In this document: piece after piece, positions 51,822 through 57,471 of the stretch | Position numbering within the stretch: the first letter of the stretch is position 1 | How the letters are laid out: each line of letters starts with the position of its first letter | NCBI GenBank assembly: GCA_015489595.1 | Contig: WFZK01000010.1 | Location: 1 to 57,471 of the forward strand | Reading direction: 5' to 3' | DNA from: Candidatus Dojkabacteria bacterium | Lineage (GTDB): Bacteria > Patescibacteriota > Dojkabacteria > GCA-002793355 | DNA length: 57,471 nt | The notes under the pieces: generated by a model | Told to the model about the DNA's origin: nothing | The model's database searches: none | The model's input: the letters and a program-made list of their open reading frames with translations, nothing else | Program-made: the position numbers and the translations under genes

Positions 51822-52895
51822 ATGGTCGATAAAAAGGGGGTAGTATATTCTTACCATGGTATTGTTAAGCGGCAAAGTTATGTTATCCCTAGGCTCCTTG
51901 CAAAACTTTTAAGGTTTGAATGGTTTAAGCGGCTGTTTTTTAGTGTTCCAGCAATAGATGAGTCTATTATTTTTAAGAACGGAAATTCAGGTACTTTGTA
52001 CGGAGAGTTTGACCTATCTGTACTGGGGGTTTTTAAGAAGAATTGGGATATAAACTATTGGCTTCTTAATAAATTGTATTATCTTCCCCTTTATTTTAAT
52101 GTGATACACGGTGTATATGTGCCCGAAAATTATAATCCGAGGTTCCCTTGGAATAAACGTCAGATTTTAGATCTTACTGTGGTGAGCGCGGAAACGCAGA
52201 AGGCCCTTAAAAAACATATTAAGGTTATTGATCTTTTAGGCAAACCTCAAACAAAGAAGGTGATTGTGTTTCATCCGGTTCCGTATCGTCTTGATCTAAA
52301 AAAGTCGCAAATTATCAGGGGCATTGTGAAGAATCTTAAAGCGGTTTTACCCTTGCTAGAGGAGAAGAACGTCTATGTAGCTTTGGAAAATATGCCATAC
52401 TTAAGAAAGCCTCGTACTGGGTATTTCCCGATGCTGGGAAGTATAAAATTTTTCGAAGATCTTCTCTCAGAGCTTGACCATCCGCATGTAGGCATTACTT
52501 TTGATTGGGGACATGCCAACAGCTTTGCCCGGTTCATGTACGAAACAGATCAGAGTTTGGGCGATTTCGAATTTACCCCTGAGGTTTTAGCGAGGTTTAG
52601 GTATCAAACAGAGTTTTTAACTCGCCTGAGAGAGAAGATCTTTCATCTTCACCTGCATTATAATGAAGCGCATAAGCTTAATAAGAAGCCGCCGAGATTT
52701 TTCCCAAATTTTGACACTCATCAGCCCCTTACTATGCTAGATTATTTCGAGTATGAGAACTACAAGAAGAACATTCGCACCATAATTGATTCTGAGAATT
52801 TGATAAGTGCGACGTTAGAGATTGTGCCTCGTGCTTTTGCTCCGGCTCGGGCTTATCGGAGTAGTATTAAAGTTTTCGAAGCTATGCTAAAATAG
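51822..52895 (+). CDS. Xylose-isomerase-like TIM-barrel protein (sugar phosphate isomerase/epimerase family)
   Basis: VYVALENMPY and GITFDWGHAN metal-ligand patterns typical of the AP_endonuc_2 fold. Confidence 0.6.
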   Translation: MVDKKGVVYSYHGIVKRQSYVIPRLLAKLLRFEWFKRLFFSVPAIDESIIFKNGNSGTLYGEFDLSVLGVFKKNWDINYWLLNKLYYLPLYFNVIHGVYVPENYNPRFPWNKRQILDLTVVSAETQKALKKHIKVIDLLGKPQTKKVIVFHPVPYRLDLKKSQIIRGIVKNLKAVLPLLEEKNVYVALENMPYLRKPRTGYFPMLGSIKFFEDLLSELDHPHVGITFDWGHANSFARFMYETDQSLGDFEFTPEVLARFRYQTEFLTRLREKIFHLHLHYNEAHKLNKKPPRFFPNFDTHQPLTMLDYFEYENYKKNIRTIIDSENLISATLEIVPRAFAPARAYRSSIKVFEAMLK

Positions 52896-52925
52896 CTAAG
52901 TTTATCTAAATTAGAGAAAGCGTGT

Positions 52926-54182
52926 ATGTCTAATATTTTGAAAGTCGGCGAGAAACAGAAGTTTATCTCGAGTTCTAAAGTCTTATCAGATAAAGACGGG
53001 GTCTACGAGGTTGAGATTACAGTAAATCCAGCTCTTCAAAAGGAAATCTATGAAGCCCTCTACAAAGAGAAGTCTAAAAACGTTGAGATTCAGGGCTTTA
53101 GGAAAGGTCATGCTCCTCGCGAACTTGTAGAGCCTAAAATTTATTCAGAGCTTGTAGAAGACCTTGTTAATTTGATGTTAACTTATAGTGTTTCAGAGTT
53201 TATCTCAGAACTTAAAGATAGGCTAGTTGTTGGTAGACCGGTTCTTACAGATTATAAGTTTTCGGTGGTTGAGACTCCTATCACTTTCAAGGTTAAGCTA
53301 TACACAGTAAAGCCTTTTAAATTGCCAGATTTTAATAAGATTAAGCAGGCTTTAAAATCTAAACTAAAAAAGATAGAGGTTTCGGATAGCGAAGTGGAGG
53401 AGGCGCTTAAGCAGCTGTATGAGCAGTGGGCAAGCAAGGCCAAGAAAGAGGAGAAAGAAAAATTCCCTGAACCTTCTGATGAATGGGTAAAACAGCTGAA
53501 ACTCCCTGAAGTTAAGGACATAAAGAGTCTAAAAGAACAGATAAAGCATGACATTCTACACCATAAGGAACATGAGCAAGCTCAATCCCTGCTTAATGAG
53601 GCATTGGATCGGATTCTTAAGCAGGTGAAGGTTAAGTTACCTGAAGAGTATATTGCCTCTCAAGTTGAGAAAGAGTATAAAGCTCAAGAGCAAAATGTAT
53701 CAAAGTATGGGATTACCTTAGAGAAGTACCTGAATTACTACAAGAAAACCCCAGAACAGTTTAAAGAAGAGCTTAAAGAGCAAGTACAGCGGCGTCTATT
53801 AGAGGAGCTGTTTTGGGCACAGTATATCAACGATAGGAATGTTCAGGTAGACCTTAAAGATCCGAAAGATCATGTGTTTTTAAATTATGCTGCAGCAGCT
53901 TTAAGGATTCCTCCTGATGCTGAAATAAACCAGCTGATATTAAGCGAAATTATTAGAATGGCTAGGCTATATAAGGCTTTAGAGTATTTGAAAGCTGAAC
54001 TTGGATTACACTCCCACATTAATTTAGATGAAGAGAGAAAGAATAGAAAGAAGGCTGGAGAGGAAGCGGGCGTGCAGGAAGCAACGGCGAATAAAGATAC
54101 CGATTCAGCACAGAAAGCTGATCAAGGGCAAGAAAATAAGGATGCCAAACCAAAAATCTTGATCCCAGGGCAGGATGAGTAG
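52926..54182 (+). CDS. tig: Trigger factor lacking the FKBP PPIase domain, with an acidic/basic tail
   Basis: Ribosome-binding signature GFRKGHAP. The N-domain runs directly into C-domain-like helices. Located in a tig...clpP context. Confidence 0.8.
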   Translation: MSNILKVGEKQKFISSSKVLSDKDGVYEVEITVNPALQKEIYEALYKEKSKNVEIQGFRKGHAPRELVEPKIYSELVEDLVNLMLTYSVSEFISELKDRLVVGRPVLTDYKFSVVETPITFKVKLYTVKPFKLPDFNKIKQALKSKLKKIEVSDSEVEEALKQLYEQWASKAKKEEKEKFPEPSDEWVKQLKLPEVKDIKSLKEQIKHDILHHKEHEQAQSLLNEALDRILKQVKVKLPEEYIASQVEKEYKAQEQNVSKYGITLEKYLNYYKKTPEQFKEELKEQVQRRLLEELFWAQYINDRNVQVDLKDPKDHVFLNYAAAALRIPPDAEINQLILSEIIRMARLYKALEYLKAELGLHSHINLDEERKNRKKAGEEAGVQEATANKDTDSAQKADQGQENKDAKPKILIPGQDE

Positions 54183-54205
54183 CCGGGTGAGTTATAATAT
54201 AAGGT

Positions 54206-54279
54206 GCCCCTGTAGCTCAATTGGATAGAGCAGCTCCGTCCTAAGGAGAAGGTTGGGGGTTCGACTCCCTCCAGGGGCG
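54206..54279 (+). tRNA. tRNA-Arg (anticodon CCU)
   Basis: Acceptor GCCCCTG/CAGGGGC, D arm GCTC-AATTGGATA-GAGC, anticodon loop GTCCTAA, T arm GGGGG-TTCGACT-CCCTC. TATAAT lies about 8 nt upstream. Confidence 0.8.
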
Positions 54280-54289
54280 AGTTGTTATT

Positions 54290-55255
54290 ATGAAGACAAA
54301 CTGGAAACTAATTTTTAGGAATCTTTTTGTCCTTCAGCATCAGGTTAATGCTGTAATTTCACTAAAGCACGAGGAGACTAAAAGGTGGTATCTTGTTAGG
54401 AATGGTATTGATTATTATGATGCCTCTCTCGCAGAGTTTGCTGAATTTCTAGAGAGCACGAATTTTAAATGGTGGAAGGTGTATCCAGGGCAATACATCG
54501 TGGATCCTAGAAACGTCCTTATGGAGATCGTAGATATGCTTCACTTTGAAATCTCACTTCTGCTACTTGGCAGCATTCAGAAGGTCTCAGTCTGCAGAGC
54601 ATCCTCTAAAGGCCTGACTGTTTTGGCAGAGCGGGTTTTCCAGGAGTTCAAAGACTTATATCTAGGAGAAAGTACTAAAAGATTAGAGGCTCAGCTGACT
54701 TCTATGCTTTCGTCCGGGATTCTAACGGGAGATCGGCATCTTTCTTTTAGAGCTTTGTTGGGTTGGTTATGGCGAGGTCTAGATTTAAGGTGTAGTCAAC
54801 AGGCACTTAGTCGATTTGTATGCTTTTGGATGTTTCCATTGTCAGTTCTGCTGTACTCTTCTTTAGATTCTAAACAGCGGGAGGGGCATTTCTCTTCTGC
54901 AATAATTGGGAATTCTACGAAAATAGGAAGAGAGGTGGCCAGGAGGATGTTAGTGTATTGGAATCCGGAAGAGTTCGAGGAGTACATAAAGAATATAGCA
55001 GCACTTTACCTTTTAAAGAATATCCTTAATCTATTGCGCCAAGAGTATGACTATGGAACTTTAAAGTATCAAAGATTGGTTGGCAATACTGATGAAAATA
55101 GAGTTCTGGTGCAACTTCTTGAGGAGCATTCATTTGAGCTTTTCCAAGTGTTAAATTCAGTCAGTTTTCCTTTTGTTAAACCCTACTATTCTCATCCTAA
55201 GGTTGTTCGTCTTAAGGAGCATATCGTAGAAGCTCTTAAAATTCCATGGAGATAG
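54290..55255 (+). CDS. Dimeric (all-alpha) dUTPase family protein with central insertion
   Basis: AEFAEFLESTNFKWWK, NVLMEIVDMLHFEISLLLL and YLLKNILNLLRQEYDYG...NTDENRVL match my recollection of dUTPase_2 proteins. Confidence 0.7.
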   Translation: MKTNWKLIFRNLFVLQHQVNAVISLKHEETKRWYLVRNGIDYYDASLAEFAEFLESTNFKWWKVYPGQYIVDPRNVLMEIVDMLHFEISLLLLGSIQKVSVCRASSKGLTVLAERVFQEFKDLYLGESTKRLEAQLTSMLSSGILTGDRHLSFRALLGWLWRGLDLRCSQQALSRFVCFWMFPLSVLLYSSLDSKQREGHFSSAIIGNSTKIGREVARRMLVYWNPEEFEEYIKNIAALYLLKNILNLLRQEYDYGTLKYQRLVGNTDENRVLVQLLEEHSFELFQVLNSVSFPFVKPYYSHPKVVRLKEHIVEALKIPWR

Positions 55256-55298
55256 GGTGTGTTATAATCTTCAGATTATTAGTTAGGATTTAAAGAAG

Positions 55299-55880
55299 AT
55301 GAACCTCATACCTACAGTAATGGAAGAAGAAAGGGGAGGCGTGCGCGTCTACTACGATCTATTCTCTAGGTTACTCAAAGATAGAATAGTTTTTATCGGA
55401 GGGCAGATAACCGAAGAATTAGCAAATATTGTAATTGCAGAGCTTGTTTATCTAGAGAAACAAAATCCGAAGAAAGACATTCAGATGTATATATTAACAC
55501 CTGGTGGCTCAGTGGCAGCGGGATTGGCTATATATGACACAATGCAATACATTAAACCGGATGTTGTAACCATCGGTATTGGGCGAGTGGCCTCGTTCGG
55601 ATCTGTTTTGCTTGCGGCGGGTACAAAGGGCAAGAGGTTTTTATTACCTCATGCGGATGTTATGATTCATCAGCCGTGGATCTCTGGGATCTCCTCTGTT
55701 ACGGTTACAGACCTTAAGATTACAACGAACTTCCTAGAGAGGACAAAAAAGCGGCTAATAAAGATACTTGCAAAGCATACAGGCCAATCTGAGGCTACCA
55801 TCGCTAGAGATACTGAACGAGATTTTTGGATGAATGCCGCTGAAGCTAAAAAGTATGGGATTGTTGACAAGATTTTGTAA
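55299..55880 (+). CDS. clpP: ATP-dependent Clp protease proteolytic subunit
   Basis: RIVFIGGQI, GRVASFGSVLLAAG (Ser), MIHQP (His), ERDFWMNAAEAKKYGIVD (Asp). Confidence 0.95.
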   Translation: MNLIPTVMEEERGGVRVYYDLFSRLLKDRIVFIGGQITEELANIVIAELVYLEKQNPKKDIQMYILTPGGSVAAGLAIYDTMQYIKPDVVTIGIGRVASFGSVLLAAGTKGKRFLLPHADVMIHQPWISGISSVTVTDLKITTNFLERTKKRLIKILAKHTGQSEATIARDTERDFWMNAAEAKKYGIVDKIL

Positions 55881-55893
55881 GATTGCCTATAAT
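55864..55893 (+). promoter_or_regulatory. Promoter TTGACA, 18 nt, TATAAT spanning the clpP stop codon, upstream of thrS
   Basis: Consensus hexamers read directly. About 120 nt of leader lie before the thrS ATG 56022. Confidence 0.55.
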
Positions 55894-56021
55894 CTAAAGA
55901 TGTATCAAGATATAGGCGAGCTTCTGCAAATTACGGTATTGATTGTTTATACGACATGACTTTTTCCCTTTGTTTTTTCCCATTAAATTTAACGTTAGAA
56001 CTAAGATGATATTTATAAGCT

Positions 56022-57471
56022 ATGAGTAGCGAATATCTACAAAAACTAAGACACTCAGCAGCTCATGTTCTTGCAATGGCTGTGCTTTATCTTTATCCTG
56101 ATACTAAATTGGCTATAGGTCCAGCTATAGAGGAAGGGTTTTATTACGATTTTAAGTTTAGTAAGCCCATAAAAGATGAGGACCTTCCCAAAATTGAAGA
56201 GGTGGCAAAAGAGATAATCGCTGCAGATTTGCCTATAAAACGTCGATATATGTCAAGAGAAGAGGCAATTGAGTTTTACAAAAAATGGGATCAGCCTTTT
56301 AAGTTGGAGTTGATAGAAGAGCTTCCTGATAAGAGACTCTCTTTTTACAAGATTATAGGCAATGACAAGTTTGACTCATTTGTTGATCTGTGTAAAGGGC
56401 CACATGTAGAAAGTACAGGCAAGATCGGTGCTTTTAAGCTTCTAAACATAGCAGGGGCCTATTGGCGAGGAGATGAAAAGCGCGATATGTTGACTAGAAT
56501 CTATGGTACTGCATTTTTAACCCAGGCAGACTTGGAAGCCTATCTAAAAGAGCTTGAGGAGCGTAAGAGAAGAGACCATAGAGTTCTTAACAGAAGGATG
56601 AATCTCTTTATGATAGACAAGGATGTCGGAGGAGGTCTTATCCTTTGGAAACCGCGTGGCGCTTATCTGAGGTATCAACTCATGAAGTTCGCTTTTGAGA
56701 CTTATCTTAAAGAGGGATATGTTCCTGTAACCACTCCGCACATAGGGACTTCTAGGCTATGGAGCACTTCAGGCCACTTGAGCTACTACAAAGATTCGAT
56801 GTTTCCAAGTTTTAAAGTAGACGAGAATGAAGAGTATTATGTAAAACCAATGAACTGTCCATTCCACATAAAGATCTACAAGAGTGAGGTGCACAGCTAT
56901 CGAGAACTGCCTATACGTTATACTGAAATGGGAACTGTGTATAGGTATGAAAAAGCGGGGGAATTAAGCGGGCTTTTAAGGGTAAGAGGTTTTACTCAAG
57001 ATGATGCTCACATCGTGTGTAGGCCAGATCAGATTGATGAAGAAGTTTATAGTGCGCTTGCACTAACCCTTAAAATCATAAGAACGCTAGGGGATTTAAA
57101 GTTTAAGGTTACTATTAGTGCGCGAGATGATAGTGATAAGTATATTGGAGATCCAAAACTATGGAAGCAGGCTACCGATGCTCTTGTTAAGGCTGTTAAA
57201 AAGGCTGGGTTTACCCCAGAGGTTTTCGAGGGAGAAGCAGCGTTTTATGGCCCCAAGATAGATATTCTTTATCCAGACGCATCTAATAGATGGTGGCAAC
57301 TATCTACGATTCAGATAGATTTTAATCTTCCCGAGAGGTTCGATATGGAGTACATAGGTGAAGATGGCAGACCTCATAGACCTATTATTGTACATCGAGC
57401 CCTTCTTGGCGCGCTCGAGCGCTTTATTGGAGTTTATCTAGAACAAATAGGCGGTAAGCTGCCTTTGTGGC
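56022..57471 (+). CDS. thrS: Threonine--tRNA ligase, 3' end outside window; starts at the editing domain (no TGS domain)
   Basis: Not in the ORF track because it has no stop in the window. My own translation gives MSSEYLQKLRHSAAHVLAMAV...GPAIEEGFYYDF, later HRVLNRRMNLF and class II motifs. Confidence 0.9.
   Translation, partial: MSSEYLQKLRHSAAHVLAMAVLYLYPDTKLAIGPAIEEGFYYDFKFSKPIKDEDLPKIEEVAKEIIAADLPIKRRYMSREEAIEFYKKWDQPFKLELIEELPDKRLSFYKIIGNDKFDSFVDLCKGPHVESTGKIGAFKLLNIAGAYWRGDEKRDMLTRIYGTAFLTQADLEAYLKELEERKRRDHRVLNRRMNLFMIDKDVGGGLILWKPRGAYLRYQLMKFAFETYLKEGYVPVTTPHIGTSRLWSTSGHLSYYKDSMFPSFKVDENEEYYVKPMNCPFHIKIYKSEVHSYRELPIRYTEMGTVYRYEKAGELSGLLRVRGFTQDDAHIVCRPDQIDEEVYSALALTLKIIRTLGDLKFKVTISARDDSDKYIGDPKLWKQATDALVKAVKKAGFTPEVFEGEAAFYGPKIDILYPDASNRWWQLSTIQIDFNLPERFDMEYIGEDGRPHRPIIVHRALLGALERFIGVYLEQIGGKLPLW

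Noticed and set aside
55894-56021. T-box riboswitch or other known leader upstream of thrS
   Set aside because: It is too short (about 120 nt). I could not find an AGGGTGGNACC-like T-box sequence, a specifier loop, or a terminator/antiterminator pair.

Overview
The window is compact (mostly 0-250 nt intergenic spacers, many overlapping genes), about 40% GC, and uses the standard genetic code. It looks like a reduced-genome bacterium of the Candidate Phyla Radiation / Patescibacteria type. That placement is an inference from gene content: form II/III-like RuBisCO, archaeal-type ProRS and AspRS, trigger factor without a PPIase domain, and loss of pyrH/uppS/cdsA/dxr from a conserved cluster.

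I call about 52 protein genes, almost all housekeeping:
- Replication and repair: helicase fragment, dprA, topA, radC, mutS, recJ, recA.
- Translation: rpsB-tsf-frr, proS, rpsU, ybeY, hpf, prfB, truB, aspS, thrS.
- Division and envelope: ftsE-ftsX-M23 peptidase, rseP, a MurJ-like protein, lepB, and a sortase with a candidate substrate.
- Other: hrcA, pyk, tig, a dimeric dUTPase, clpP.

I also call five tRNAs (Pro-GGG, Leu-UAG, Glu-UUC, Ser-CGA, Arg-CCU) and one GH1 beta-glucosidase gene inactivated by a single in-frame TAG. I found no rRNA, CRISPR array, transposase, integrase or phage genes, and no recognisable multi-gene defence system.

The signals that ordinary gene annotation does not explain are:
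1. A dispersed family of long, near-perfect palindromes with a GGGGCAAAATG or GCAAAATCG core. They sit in a larger conserved intergenic module and almost always lie just upstream of promoters.
2. A recurrent '-10 hexamer, 5-6 nt, start codon' geometry that implies many leaderless mRNAs.
3. A circularly permuted M23 peptidase domain in the FtsEX-associated hydrolase.
4. A RuBisCO / two-component system / processive GT2 neighbourhood with repeated TGTAAGA motifs.
5. Several proteins whose catalytic motifs are degenerate: PEP-synthase-like, ParB-like, Fic-like, and a histidine-kinase-like protein.

All product calls rest on motif recognition by eye in the supplied translations. No database search was run.
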